A DNA stretch of 64,000 bases from Epithemia pelagica (taxonomy: Eukaryota; Protista; Bacillariophyta): NCBI GenBank assembly GCA_946965045.2, contig OX337228.1, positions 6,696,001 to 6,760,000 on the forward strand. Direction: 5' to 3'. Position 1 is the first letter of the stretch; every line of letters starts with the position of its first letter. The notes under the pieces were generated by a model that was given only the letters and a program-made list of their open reading frames with translations, had not been told where the DNA came from and searched no databases. The position numbers and the translations under genes were made by a program. Below, in pieces: positions 21,001-33,137 of this stretch.

Positions 21001-22643
21001 AAGGACGACGTAAAGGAGGGAAAGGAAACGGGACTGTTGAGGGGATCCTTGTTCGGATTCATCTTCTTGTCATTCTTGGTGGCCAACGAATCATGGGAAT
21101 TCCACAACAATCCTTCCATATCGGTAAAGGAAAAAGTCTGGGATCGTTGCAATCGTAGCAAGTTGGTTTGGTAGGAATCTTGATGACGAAAGGACGAAGG
21201 ACTTGTTGTGTTGTTGTTTCGTCGTGGACTCGGTGATCGACCTCTACCACCACCTCGTGGAGGGCTGTTGCTGCGAGGCCGTGATGTAGGCTTTCGTCGG
21301 GTGGGAGACGGTGTGCGTTGTTTCCGCGAGCGTCCTTTGTCCTCCTCGAGCTTTTTTCGTTGTTTTTGCCGGGAGGGCGAAGAAGACCGGGCCGGAGGAG
21401 AAGGACGACGGACAGAATTTGGTCCATGTTCCGGAGAGCCATTGGAATATCGTCTGGATGATGATGATGTTGTTGTTTTGGGTGTCATTTTGGAGGGGCC
21501 GTCCTCCTCCTGTTCATCCATGCGGTCATTGTCCTGTTGCCACACTGCTCGTTCTTGTCCGTGGGTGGGAGAATGTTCTTTTCCGTCCGGTCGAGATGAG
21601 GAACGAGTAGCTGGTTGTCGTGTCGAACCACGACGTGGTGGTGGAGAAGGACTGGAACGAGTACCAGAATGGTCCCGTTTGGGAGAAGAAGACGCATGGG
21701 GACTTTTACTTCGGTGTCTGGGGGGAGAATTGGAGTGACGTCGACTGGCATGGCGGCCCCGAGCCGAAGGATATGGAGGATGAGTCTGATGATGAGGATG
21801 ATGATGCGTTGTGGGACTCGAATCGTTGCGAGGAATGTTGGAATACGGATCATCGTCATGGTACTGTCGCATCGGGGAGGAGGACTGTTGCTGCTGCCGA
21901 CGGCGTTGTTGCTGTTGTTGCTCCTCTTGTTTTCGATCCAGAAAACTGCCCAAGGATGTTTGTGACAGGGATGGCGGTGATGGTGAAAGACTTCGATCGG
22001 GACGACGGCGAGGTGGCGAAGGACTGGAGCGTCGCCCACGTCGTTCGTCTTCTTCTTGGTCGTCTCGTCCGTCGTAGTCCTCGTACCGATCATGAGGATG
22101 AGGAGGATGAAAGTGGGAGGGTGGTGGCGGCTGAAACGAAGGTGTTGCGCCATTGGTAGACGTTCCATAGCTGCTACTACTCGGATGATAGTGACCATCA
22201 TGATGATTTAGCAAGGGCCGATGATCTCGTGGGGTTCGACGTGAGGGAGAGGAAGGACGACCCGTAGACCGATCTACCGGTGGGGGAGGAGAAGGCGACC
22301 GTCGATACTGCGAAGACCGCCGAGCAGCAGAATTGTTTGTGGGAGATGGAGAGCGACGACGATACTGTGAGGAGGAGGCCTTGTGGTTCTTTTTGGTGGG
22401 AATGGATGTGGTGGAAATGAGTTCTCCATGATCCTTGCCTCCGCGTAAAATGGTAATACTGCGAACGCGTCGTCCAATCGATTGGGCATCTCCAGACCCA
22501 GTGGATTGCGTCGAGGCCAATCGTTTGCTGGGTTGCTTGTGTCGGCCACTCATTTTACTGCGACGCTCCGGTGGACGGTTCATCGTTGGACTGTGATGAT
22601 GATCAATCCGCTTGTATGGTTGCGGTTGTTCGTAGTGACCCAA
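18024..22643 (-). CDS. Intronless 1539-aa intrinsically disordered Ser/Pro/Arg-rich protein
   Basis: 4.6-kb stop-free frame from ATG, with many SP/RSPSP repeats and no globular domain recognised. Confidence 0.8.
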   Translation of the reverse strand: MGHYEQPQPYKRIDHHHSPTMNRPPERRSKMSGRHKQPSKRLASTQSTGSGDAQSIGRRVRSITILRGGKDHGELISTTSIPTKKNHKASSSQYRRRSPSPTNNSAARRSSQYRRSPSPPPPVDRSTGRPSSPSRRTPRDHRPLLNHHDGHYHPSSSSYGTSTNGATPSFQPPPPSHFHPPHPHDRYEDYDGRDDQEEDERRGRRSSPSPPRRRPDRSLSPSPPSLSQTSLGSFLDRKQEEQQQQQRRRQQQQSSSPMRQYHDDDPYSNIPRNDSSPTTHHHPHHQTHPPYPSARGRHASRRHSNSPPRHRSKSPHASSSPKRDHSGTRSSPSPPPRRGSTRQPATRSSSRPDGKEHSPTHGQERAVWQQDNDRMDEQEEDGPSKMTPKTTTSSSSRRYSNGSPEHGPNSVRRPSPPARSSSPSRQKQRKKLEEDKGRSRKQRTPSPTRRKPTSRPRSNSPPRGGGRGRSPSPRRNNNTTSPSSFRHQDSYQTNLLRLQRSQTFSFTDMEGLLWNSHDSLATKNDKKMNPNKDPLNSPVSFPSFTSSFLRSSASLFVPSSSTATASTVHNEPSHPPRKDDGNRLEVTREDIEEEEERDLDHASAMEQGEDDLYTRIQPHEQQQGERYGPEVERPPPLTPKDSVLTPSQPTRHKQQPREDGSVASSTSEQLVVAGLVEDDNSHHNIYQEEHTHDHDLATATMLEEEDYDWDKDKIPALVAAHTATTPSDTSSLVETATFTTAGTSKQTTTKNKPKHNKTNNNKSTKNNKRRGPKDTTSTHRDSALVPSPLCLARKANLFRLRRPPSPQEGRIKNERGEKASLRAGTSVGHGTNKNDKPYEDPILVALNGNSIEVIYHSDHASPHHAQQDDDAPSLATAPTTTSTASIGTEEESSGGNDRGGPPLSYKFRTPTATTITAGEAWDRLSARHSQNKKKNGTHRKEMDHAANDQQHTSRNVDMDVLKIITGNDEEEDEPTVSSSFDTNGGAHPAMGTVKVAQPQAKEQKKSPTILPVVPRREHSSLSKESSSMGSSIVPLFRSSVTLANSMVDCCNDPCEEEEAMAILHGTLRNSRDTDRERMTQEAESNEWRQERESPGAVPHFHRDYDDDKPMAPRATEVRAGIEQAKPKRRNENVNSSKKTTATAYSSVDKDNTKTKNNGKRATQQQETLKNEASAESAPSPTRRLYELMPVEYSYVPGESMQSAPNSLNESVRTEDEESIIRRIHDLERQTTGDVSMSTTNTNHSGGLHQRIALNMDALNRSADSTSFQDRRLRQNSSLEAGRHPAYHGHFDNGDDDKRRVERLHYNHVDVDPSVAENSILTGTTTSGSRRMVVLLPDEYSVSSYDNTDGPPSRDQKRANKYQSPKGGNENTPRSGGLPSLRVLGIDSHNQRRRQQPDDRSIANQTSGGWSESVETIHLLDMDDQSRSGPAAQRSLALGHPSPQDDHSHQNTSVETMHLLDVDEATSHQTPSSSVASENHRFLTGRPWNRRNKNDRNSPSSSTAPQSAGSLRNYYHHKQNNENKKSISLATVLERNNTNS

Positions 22644-22840
22644 TGATACTAGGCAACTATTAGAGCTTTCGTTCGAGTCGCTTGGTTTGAAATACCAAGA
22701 CGACGTACGTTACGAGAAAACAGAGATAACAATGAAACCTCATACAGACACACAAACTGTATATTGTAGTGTTCTACCTAGGTCGCTGCCCGATATGGTC
22801 ACCAGGCGAAAGGTCCGCGTTGTTGCTCTAATCCTTTTTC

Positions 22841-23031
22841 TTCAACGGCCTTTCAATGACACTTAGATCATTGTGTGTTGGATTGTGTTTGTACGAACTT
22901 TGTGGCCCCATCGAGGTGCAGCAACTCATATTATTATAATGTATATGTATGTATTCGATGCCATGACCGTTGAACGGTATCGTGAACGGCACAATCAGAA
23001 TAGCTCCTCTTCGAATGCCACGTCACAACGG
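22841..23031. promoter_or_regulatory. Cluster of five AACGG/CCGTT (MSA-like, MYB3R-type) motifs upstream of the 1539-aa gene
   Basis: Cores at 22844, 22967, 22973, 22985 and 23027; includes the palindrome ACCGTT-G-AACGGT. The motifs are seen; function is inferred from plant MSA elements. Confidence 0.6.
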
Positions 23032-23459
23032 ACACTCTGGCGAGCCTCTGGCTCTAAGTAGAAAAGTCGGCTGTGCTCGTGTCGCAAGTCGAGGATATAT
23101 CCCTAACCCCAATAAAACCAACCCCAGCAAGCTACTCTACCGATAGTAGCCGTCGAAGTCGATCCTCCTCGAGTGTTGGACCACCGCCAACACTCCACCA
23201 TACAATCAATGATTGGCACCACTCCAGAATCTGTCGGCTAGAAAAAAAAGGCAAGAATCCAGAACTCCTGGTCTTGCATTGTCCATGAAGAAGGTGGCAC
23301 ATGAAAAATAAATAACTGTTGCCTTTTCTAGTAGGTGTAGCTTCAAGTGTTATTATTATGGCTAGCTTTTTCAAGTATTATTAGGAGAAGTATGGACTCT
23401 AGCACCGACTGTCCTTCCCCTAGGCAGACTCGTGTATGTATCATCCATGCATTCCATTC

Positions 23460-26400
23460 TTAGGGAAAGCCAAACCAGGACGAAGAATTCGTTTGACGGG
23501 AGGAGGCGGAGAAAAAGGAGGTACTTTCCTGTTCTTTGGTGGCCGTGGACTTGCGAGTTCCTCGCGACGTCGACGACGACAAGACGTGCGGTTTGCGGCC
23601 TGCTGCCCGTTGTTTGGAAGCGTATCGTCGTCGGTGATTGCGTGCGTGCCGTTCTTGAGAAGATGACGGAGACGATTGTTTCCACATGTGATCCATGAGC
23701 AAAAAGGGATCCCGATGAGGAAGATCGGCATATGTACTCACAGAAGAAGATGTTGCACATGAACTCTTGGAATCGTCATCATCCAACAAGCAGTCCATGG
23801 CATGGTACTTGGTATCTGTATTTGGTACTGACGCTGGCAATGAGTCGAGTTTTGGGGACTGCTTGTCGTGGGTGGATGAGCGTATTCCCACGGTTTGAAA
23901 CAGGGGTAGAATTGTATCATTGTATTCTTCAAAGGCTTCATCATCATCGTCATAGTTCACACTGTCATCCTCCTTGGGTGCTGCCTTGTCTGGAACATCT
24001 TCTTCTACTATTTCATCCATGGTAACATTAAAGTCGTGCAAGTTTCTCAAATGGTTCTTCTTTGGTTTCGAAGGACCAGTAGTAACAGATGCAGGTTGTG
24101 CAGAAGGAGCCGCCACATCAAGCTTGTGATCAAAGCCCAACGATGGGCTTTGAGTCATGGATGCGTCGGGTTCACCGCTGTCGTCCACGGGGTTCGAGTG
24201 CTTAGCAGTGTTGGGAGGACTTGAGATCGGCGGCTTGGGCGTCAACAGCATTTCGTTGCTGGTGTCGGCTCGCATGGTGTAGCTGGACGATCCATCATCC
24301 TTGTCTTCTTCCAAAGACGCCTCAGAAACTGCGGACAGGGAAAAGTGATTGACAAAACGTTCATTCTCTGTCCCTGGAGTGGAATCGGAAACTGTACTCT
24401 GATTATCCTGGTGCTGAGCGTGAGTGAGTAGGGGTGGCCCTTCTCCATTGACGCAATCCGCGGCATGGGTGCAAAGCACCAGCGGTCCAACATCCTGGGT
24501 GTAGCCACTTGATATGGAACGATCCGCCTCGGACGTGAAATCCGAAAACCGACTACTATCCAGTGTTTCGTCATCGTCCGTGTAGCTAGAGTGATTGTTG
24601 TCCTCGTAGTCTTCGTCCTCGACAAGTGCATCCAAATGCGATTCCTCGTTAGTGCCACTCGTCAATCCAAAGGCTGACCATAAACAGTCATCCTGCACTC
24701 TTGTGGCAAGCAAGCGTTGATTCTTCCTTTTCTTTGTGTCTTTTTGGATGCTGTTTCTTCCACGAGTGATCACTCGACGTCGCTTTTCCAGTTCTCCAAG
24801 AGAAGGAGAAGACTTATCCCGCTCGTTGCGAGATGACACTGTGTTGGGTGAGACTTCAGAAGATCTTGCCCCGCTCTCTTGTTTGTCCGTCGTTTCATTC
24901 TCGTCCAGTAGTGGACTTCTGCTTCCAGTCCTGATCACTTCGTCGTGAGTGTGGCTGTTGGAAGTATGGCCTGTTTCTACAGTAGCCACCGACCACATCG
25001 CAAGTGATTCTTCGTCACTGTGAACGTTGTCACTGTCCTCCTGTGGTTCATCATTTGGAATAGTCTTGCCCTCAGCGTTACCATCTGATGTACTGGTGTC
25101 TGGAGCGGAATTTGTCGCAGGAATCTTCGGATCAGATCCGTTAATTTCCTCGTCGCGTTCTTGCTTCTCTTGACGTGGTACACCCTCTTTCTTTGATCCC
25201 CCTATAGAGGAGCGTGACCGGAAAAAGCTAAATGTACGCGAGAGCCTCGACAAGGCACCCCCCGTGCCATGCGACCCCGGTTTCCCCGTTCCGGCTCCCA
25301 CATTAGATGCCGCGGATCCTTTGCTTCGGTGCAGTACAAGGAGTGGCTCTCTTTCTTTCTCGTCGTCGGTCTTCTTTTCTAATACAGTGACATTGTCATC
25401 ACTGTCATCCCCAAGTTTCTCGTGGCTCGTAGAGAACTGTTCTTCAAGCCCTGTCTTTCCATCTGACGCATCATTCGTCTTCTTCTGTTCCATCTCTCGA
25501 ATCGCATCTTCCATTGGTGTTCTCTCCTCATCATCTGTGTGTAGAGGTTGATCACGAGGGTTTTGTTCCGCTTCATCGTCTCGTGACCAACATGGAAGCA
25601 AATCCATATCTCCCAGTTTGCTGTCCCTTGTCTCATCATGAGGGACAGTCTCTAAAAGAATACCTTCACCTGATCCCGTGGTTTCCGGTAGAGGGACATT
25701 CTTCGTGGTAGAATTTACTTCAGTTCTAGACGAATCAAAAGCTTGATCGCGTGATAGACTGCCGGTGTCAGCGCTTTCTATGCTGGTACTTGAGAAGTCA
25801 TCCTCTTGTTCCATATCCCATGCCCTTACGTAGGGATCACGGCGACCTTGCGATACCGAAGCAGATGAAGACTTTCCCCCTTGTCGAAACAAACTGCTGA
25901 ATCCACCACGATGAACTGGCTTGAAGGACGACGGTCTTCGCAAGCATGCGGCCACAGTTTTCAAATTGTGTCGTTTTCCCGTTGTGACAACCATCGAAGA
26001 GGTCAACGAAGCCCCTTCTTCGTGATCTGCAAGTTTGAATTCTTGAACATGATCGTCCTCATTAGGTCCAATCTTGTTGTCTCCGCCATGATTATCTTCT
26101 GGGTCATTGTCTGTTGAGACGACGGTGCTTTCGTTATCATGAGCCACGAGTCCTTCTTCCTTGTTCGCGGAAACATCTGCCGTATCTTCTTCGTCGATAC
26201 TTTTTGAAGAGTTGTCTTCTAGTGTACCTTCTACTGGAACAGAATCAACCTCATTGTCGATCTCAAAGGATGACGAGGGTGGCTCAGGTGCCTTCTTATC
26301 CAATGCCATGCTTGGTTCCACAGATGTATCTGTTTGCTTGTCATCTTGCTCCATAATAGTGGTAGAGGCCCCATCCAACTCGTCGGAAGGGTTTTGGAGT

Positions 26401-28973
26401 TCCATCTCATGAATGCTTTTGATATCATCACCGTTGTCGATCTGACTAGTTTCGTCTCCATCCACTTTGGTTCTAGATTCGGCACTGTCGAAACCGGACA
26501 GTGGGGGAACCGCTGGAGACGGAGATGTGGAACGTTTGGAATCGAGGACACTGTTTAAAGTGCCATTGCCGGAACCGAGCATTGAATCCGATGGAGAAAG
26601 AGACAATGACTTTGACAGCGAAAGGGTACTTCGGTCATCAGTGAAGCTGTTGTTAATCAAACTACTCGACGGTTCCACCTCGATTCCGGACGCCTCGGCC
26701 ATATCTTTTTCGCTGTTTGTATTCGGATGAGGAATGGAAGAGAGTTTCGAACCAGCCTTGGCCTCTAAGGAATCTCCAGCATGATCTGTTTCAACCTCTG
26801 ATTCTATCTTCTTCTCACCATCTCCCTTCTTGTTCTTCCCTGTGCAAGCAAAACCTCTGCGAAGCATTTTGAACGAAAATACTCCTTCACCAATAAACGG
26901 CCTTCGAGACTCTTGTTCCGCTGCATCCAAGCCCTCTGGTAAAAGGTCTCGCACTTCCGTAACCATCTCTCCGTCCATTAATACAGTAGGATCCGCATCC
27001 AATGAGATTTCAATCTCCGTCTTCTCTTCCACTTCGTCTTCTCTCGAGACCGTTGTATTCGGCAGCTCAACGGTACTTTCGGCTGAACGGTGAATCTCGT
27101 CGTTTTGAGGTGGTGAATCTTGTACCGTTTCCATCAACGGCTTTGTGGGGAGAGCGTGCTCCGTCTGTTCTTTTGCATCCAAACATTTCTGGACTTGAGG
27201 AGGCTCTGAAGCCTCAGTATTGGTAGGCACGTCGTTGGGAGTATCGGTGGGGTCCGGGTCTGTCGCGCCCAAAACAAGCGGAGTTTCTGCTGGATCATTA
27301 GATGGATCGTCGCAAGAACCATTTGTTCCTGTTTGGTTTAGTTTTGATTCTTCTTCTACAAGGTCATCCACAAGCGTTGTAGGTTTCTTTCTTGGAGCAG
27401 AACGACCCCAAAGACTGTTCTTGACCATTTGAAAGGCGGCCGTCGAAGCGGATTCGACCATGCGGCTTGCCGAAGATGTGTTGGAGGATTTGCCCGGCTC
27501 GGGATCGGATGACTCTGTCTCCTGTTTCTCTTTCACTTGTGTGTGATCTTCTTCTTGAGTTTCTGGTGATGGGACTGAGAGCTGTGGTTCACTTGTTGCA
27601 GAGTTTCCAGGTGTCGGTTCCGAGGATGGTGGTGATGAAGTAGGAAGGAGGCTGTAGGAAGCACTGTTACTAGTCTTGCTACTGGAAAAAGATGGAGTAA
27701 GCGACGATGAAAAGGCCAGGAACCCACTCCAGGTCGTGGACAAAAGAGACTTTGATGGCTCGTCCGCTTCAAAGCAAGAAGTCTCTGGCGGTACAACTGC
27801 AAGAGTCTGGGTATCTTCTTCGGCCGCTGGCTCTCGTGTTTCGACAGATGCGGATGATTCTGAAGGTACCGACTGTGATACGGTACTAGGCTCAGATTCA
27901 GTTTCTAAACGTTCCCGTCTCGGCGAAAGGCTCTTGGCATTTCTGCGAAATGGTACCTTGGCAGGATTTCCGTCATTGCTGTAAGGTTTGAGTTTTTTCT
28001 TGTGCACACGACTGTTCTGGAGTAAACGCTCGTGTTGCTGTCGTCGTTGACGTTGTTGTTGCACCTCGTGCGGCTTGTGAAATGGGTCAGTGTTGCTTGT
28101 AGCGGTAAAGATTTGAATGGGATCTTCCCATTCAGAAGACGTCAAAGAGGATCGCTGGCGTCCACTCATGCGCCGGGAACTGTAATTGTAGCTGTGTTCT
28201 TCCTGCCTGCTCAACGATGTTCCTCCTCTTTGCATCGAGTAGGGACGTGGTTGACTGCGTGACCTCCACGTTCGAGATCCACCAGGTCGGAGATCGGATA
28301 CGGTTCTCTGTTTGTGAACATTCGTATTGCTCATGACTCTTGTTTCAGTCTCCAAATCCTGGTTTGGATCATCCTTGGGCTCTGGAACTGGACGCGTATC
28401 CTGGTAAACAAAAGTACGAATGGACTCTTCCTTATTGGCATCAGTCTCCAGTCTTCCTCCCCCATTCTTACTACCATTGCTACCACCACTCATGACAACT
28501 AGGTCCCCTCGCAGGGTAGATCGCAAATGGCTGGGAACACTGCTCATACTCATAGAAGAGGAACAAGAGGGTATGACCGATGGATACCACACCTGACTGG
28601 TAGTCGTACTGGCGCCATCGTTGGGTTCTTGGAGTGATGATGGTTCTTGCTGTGATGATCGAGGACTCGCTCCAGTATCCACACTACGGGCGTCGAGGAC
28701 GGCATCGTCTTGAAGAGAGCTGGGACTGTACATGCTACTACTTCCAGTGATCATTACCACACCTTGACGAGGTCGATATCCTCGATGACGCAAGGGACTT
28801 GTCTTGTTAGGATTACCAAGTCGTGGCTGCGTGCGAGGCGTGTAGGCAGATGATGCGCGTCGTTGGGGTATCGAGGCGTTGAGGGCTGATTGTGAGGGCT
28901 GTTTGAGATCGGTATCCCAACACAATTCAGCATCTCGTTTTAATTCTCGAATGCGTTCTTTCTGTTGATATTG

Positions 28974-29025
<52 letters not shown>

Positions 29026-29378
29026 GGACGACGTCTCCCTCTCCTTGAGGATGCCAAACCGATTCGACCTGGAGATTTGCTGTTCGAAGCTGACCTCCTC
29101 CTTCTCCTCCTTTGAGTGCTTGTGGGCCGTGTCATTCGATCAAGTGAGGGTGAAGGATCGCGTGCCTCCTCTTCATTTTTGTTTGTTCTTGTTTTGGGTG
29201 GTGATTTCCCGGCTACATCTCTGCTATTCGTTGCGCCTAAAGTCTGTTTGCTTTTGTTAATCGCACCAGGCTTGTTGGTGGGCAAGGTGTCGTGTAAACG
29301 AGACGAGGACCGGGCTGGTGTTGCTTCATAGCTTTGCACCACATCCTCATCCCTCGCAGTCGACTTGAACTGCCTCAT
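23460..29378 (-). CDS. Intronless 1972-aa acidic/Ser-rich intrinsically disordered protein with a poly-Q tract
   Basis: 5.9-kb stop-free frame from ATG; no domain recognised. Confidence 0.85.
28971..29024 (-). repeat. (CAG)14(CAA)4 trinucleotide tract encoding Q18
   Basis: Seen directly as (TTG)4(CTG)14 on the plus strand. Confidence 0.9.
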
Positions 29379-29574
29379 GGCCGAACTTGTAGGATGTTGG
29401 GTTTACAAGCGAATGAATTGTGGTCAATGCTGTTTCGAGGTGTAACGCATGTCCAATATCGAAAGGTGTCGATGGATCTATGTTCGATAGGTGCACACAA
29501 CAACAAAACAATTCGAAGAGAGTTGGATGTGGGGACAGGTAGCTTTCCTGGAAGGCTCGACCGGCGGATCCCGT

Positions 29575-29672
29575 CCGTTTTGGGACCACGACTTAGTTCG
29601 AAATTAAGTAGACGGCGCACATCCATCTAAGCCCCTGCTCGAACAGCTTCTCAGATCGTCCGTTGGACCGTT
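29575..29672. promoter_or_regulatory. Three MSA-like CCGTT motifs upstream of the 1972-aa gene
   Basis: Cores at 29575, 29660 and 29668; GTCCGTTGGACCGTTAA is a tandem pair, one copy reading TCCAACGG on the minus strand. Confidence 0.5.
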
Positions 29673-30252
29673 AACCTGAGTGGAAAAAAAATCAAGTCCA
29701 TCGCTGGAAAGGTCACGGTCTTGGATGCAGTCCGCGCGGGGGTATCTTTTCTATTTTTTCTTGCATGCGCAATGCGCACCGAAGGTGCTCGCTCATCTTT
29801 TCATCTTTTCGGATAGAGCATCCTCACCACAACTCGAGAGACCACAATCTTTCATGTACAACAATACAATGAGAAAAAGCACACAACAAGAGCCCGAAAC
29901 CTTGCCCGAACCGTGGTGCCCATCCATGTTTTGTGTCGGTACTCTAGATGCTTCTGAATTTTCTGCAGGTTCCGAATCCATGATACCCACACTCCACCTC
30001 GTGTAAGAGTAGCAATAATAATATAACCTAGTAGATTAGGTAGTTGAGGCAGTTTCCTCTTTTGTTTGGAGGATTGCTTTATCTCTCTTCATTCTGGTTC
30101 TTTTCAGGACGAACCTGGAACTGGCTTCAAGAGAGAGTTTGTCTAAAGTTGAGTGCTGGCTCGTCGTGACAACGGTTGTGATTGTTGGGTAGCTTGTCGC
30201 CCGGTAGTTGCTGCTGCTATTGTCAATGACGTGGCAGCACTCGATCGTCGTG

Positions 30253-32055
30253 TCATTTTTGACCGACTGCATACTGCAAGTGGATGTGTTTGTCTCCATA
30301 CTTGGCTTGCAATATCAAATTGGGTCCCTGAGGTACCGTCAAGGGTTTGGTACTTGGTCGAATAGGTTTGGGAGGTGACAGCGAACGTCGAGTATACCGC
30401 AATCGCCTTGTTCGATCCACAACACGTTGTTGTGTCTGTAACCGGGGACCATGAGGCACGGTCGTTTGTCTTCGTGCTTGTCTTGCAGATTGCTTGTCTG
30501 TAGCGTTGGATCTACTAGAAGAGAAAGAAGAAGAGACAGAGGACCTGGTGTCTCTGTGCCCTGGCGTTCCATTCGGTATGGCTTCTAACGTCATTGCTGT
30601 GCTTGCTTTCGCACTCGTGGTCGGTTTTTGTTCTTTGACAATGGTTTTCCCTTGCTTGTTGCGGCAAAACAAAACCGGTCCCGACTGGTTCCTAGCCGCG
30701 GTACGACGAGACTGAGACTGTGTTTTTGGCTGGGGAATGAGACTGTGGGCTGTTTTGTGTGACATTCCCGTTCTTGATGGATGGTGGTGTTTTTCGGATA
30801 TTAATGGTTCCGGAAGCAGCCTTCCTGACGAGTTTTGTTGTTGTTGTTCGTTGGACACCACCATGGATCGTGGCAAGCATGTATCAGCACAAAAGTTTTC
30901 CTTGTTAGAATTGGTGGTGTTCTCATCGTTGGAGAGGCACTTTGTTGTAGAACAAGATAAGGAGGCTGGTTGTATTCTGCTGTTGGGTTGTTTCTGTTGT
31001 GGTTGTGATTCTTGGAAAGCACCTTGACATGGACCCGGGCGATGCATCATGTGTTGGTGACGTGATGGATGCGGGGGTGAAACGACCATGCCATGTATCA
31101 CCAACGGTTGTGGTTGCTTTGGCCGTGAACGGGCCTTGGAAAAGGGCGGGGACAAGGATAAGAATGGACGACGACGACGACGTCGCTGTTCTTGCTGTGG
31201 TACTTGCCGCTGCGGTTTTCCAAAGGATGCCTCGTTCCGCGCATTGGTGGTGATCCTAGGACCAGGAGCACATGGAGTGACGCATTCTCGAACCCCAGAT
31301 GGGTGTTGAGGGTCTCCTGTTGTTCTTGTCAAGGGCCCTCGTGGCTCGTTTGCTTTTCGTGATGCTACAACGTCCTGGTGCTGTTCTTTGTCACTTTCGG
31401 TCAATGACAGTGAAGATATGAGTGCCCCTTTCTCCTCCTCAATCCTTGAATTTGAGCTGTCGTCATTGATGCAAGCTGGACTGGTTTCCATGGTTTGTGT
31501 CATGGACGATTGCAGTGGTGAGGAACACAAAGACGACGATGGGGACGATGAGAGACTGGTCACCGAGGAATCCGTCTCTTTGGAACAAAGAAGAGACTTT
31601 TGACGAGCCATGGTGATGCCTTGTAAATTGTCTCTTTCTTGGGAAGAGATGGACGAAGGGCTGTTGATCCCATTGTCTTGATGTTGTTCTTTCAAGGTAT
31701 TCCATATTTGATCGTGTTGAGACAGCCATTTTCGATGACCCACGCGTTTCCAAAAGACGTTAGAAGAAGTGTTGGTGATAGTAGAAGCTCTTGATGCGTT
31801 TGGTACGACAGTATTGGTCCAATTCATGCCATGTTTGGCCGCTTGACTGTGGACCTTGTCGGTGCGGCCTCGCGGTTGATTCCACTGCTGTATCAAGGAA
31901 GCAAACGTCGTGGTTTCGGTAGATGCTGAATTGTCACACGAGTCTGACGCTTGCGAAACACATGTTGTTGAATGAAAGCTGGACGCGAATACTGGATGTC
32001 CACAGGTTTGCTCTGTGGCAGCTACCATGGCTGGACTGGAACTGGACGTTGACAT
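30253..32055 (-). CDS. TPX2-like microtubule-binding repeat protein A (600 aa, mostly disordered)
   Basis: C-terminal TTVPHGPRLQTQQRVVDRT and RPSTKPLTVPQGPNL match the T-x-P-x-x-P-x-L-x-T-x-x-R and KPLT.P TPX2/WVD2-type repeats. Confidence 0.7.
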   Translation of the reverse strand: MSTSSSSPAMVAATEQTCGHPVFASSFHSTTCVSQASDSCDNSASTETTTFASLIQQWNQPRGRTDKVHSQAAKHGMNWTNTVVPNASRASTITNTSSNVFWKRVGHRKWLSQHDQIWNTLKEQHQDNGINSPSSISSQERDNLQGITMARQKSLLCSKETDSSVTSLSSSPSSSLCSSPLQSSMTQTMETSPACINDDSSNSRIEEEKGALISSLSLTESDKEQHQDVVASRKANEPRGPLTRTTGDPQHPSGVRECVTPCAPGPRITTNARNEASFGKPQRQVPQQEQRRRRRRPFLSLSPPFSKARSRPKQPQPLVIHGMVVSPPHPSRHQHMMHRPGPCQGAFQESQPQQKQPNSRIQPASLSCSTTKCLSNDENTTNSNKENFCADTCLPRSMVVSNEQQQQNSSGRLLPEPLISEKHHHPSRTGMSHKTAHSLIPQPKTQSQSRRTAARNQSGPVLFCRNKQGKTIVKEQKPTTSAKASTAMTLEAIPNGTPGHRDTRSSVSSSFSSSRSNATDKQSARQARRQTTVPHGPRLQTQQRVVDRTRRLRYTRRSLSPPKPIRPSTKPLTVPQGPNLILQAKYGDKHIHLQYAVGQK

Positions 32056-33137
32056 TAGCGATTTCAGTGTAAGTAAAACTGATACTGACTATTCAATCAA
32101 TATCGCGCTGTAAGTTCCGTCGCAGTAGAATGAGTCAATGGGGTTAAGAAAAGATTGAAGTGTCGTCGACGCGCAGAGAAGGGGACGCTCCAACGTGTAG
32201 ATTTGAACGGCGATTTGCAATGAGACGTCTCCCACAAATTTGGAAAAGTGAGGGCGTCCCGCCAATGGCCTTTCAAGGAAGGTCCCCCGCCTTTCTTGAC
32301 AATATGAGTCGCTATGTCTACTACATCTAAAATTGTACAAAGTCAAAATCAATATAGGCCACAGAGTAGTGTGACAGATGAGAGGCTGGCGTGCAAACCG
32401 AGCGGGATGGATATGGTCGCACATTCTGAAATGGCAAAGGGATCAAGACCAAGCTAACCTGGTGAACATGAATTTTTGTGGCTTCAATACTCCTATTGTA
32501 GCCTCTTTGCCTTGTGGAAATTCAAGGGGGCAATAGCTTGGGTTGGTCGTGGTGAGCCATTATTGTCGGAGTCGCACATGCGCCAGTCTTCCGAAGCATC
32601 GTTATTTAGACGGAGCACACGACCGTTTGCTATATGCCCCAAGGAAACCCATGACCTTCCCCTAGCCGGCCAGTCCAAGACTCCCACAATATTGCGATTG
32701 TCAACCAAAAATGGCCACCCCATCCAGGATTCATACAACTATGAGTAGAGAGCAATGTGAATGTGTTCTCTGACCCGACAACTTGGCTTTTGAGATTAAT
32801 CCAAAGCAGACAGAAACATACTATCTCAGTCAAGGGAAGAGGTGTCTTCCACACGGCAAACGGAAACACAGAAACTTTCCGCCACTCTTGTTGAGTCTTA
32901 AATTATTGCTGCGCCAAAACAATAACCAAAAACTCTGGAAACTGGGTGTATCACTACTTTTTCATACGCTTGAACGAAGAATCTCCTTCATCGTCAAAGC
33001 AGTGCCACAACCAGCCAAGTAAGGATAACTTGGAACGTTTTTCGTTTTTCGTAAACATCAGGAATCCACAAGATCTACCTAGACGAGATTGATACCTTTG
33101 ATCCAGGAGCTACAACCACAACTTCCATCATCCAAGC

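Noticed and set aside
32056-33137. MSA cluster in the central divergent spacer
   Set aside because: Only three scattered cores (32206, 32623, 32859) in 1.1 kb, close to chance expectation.
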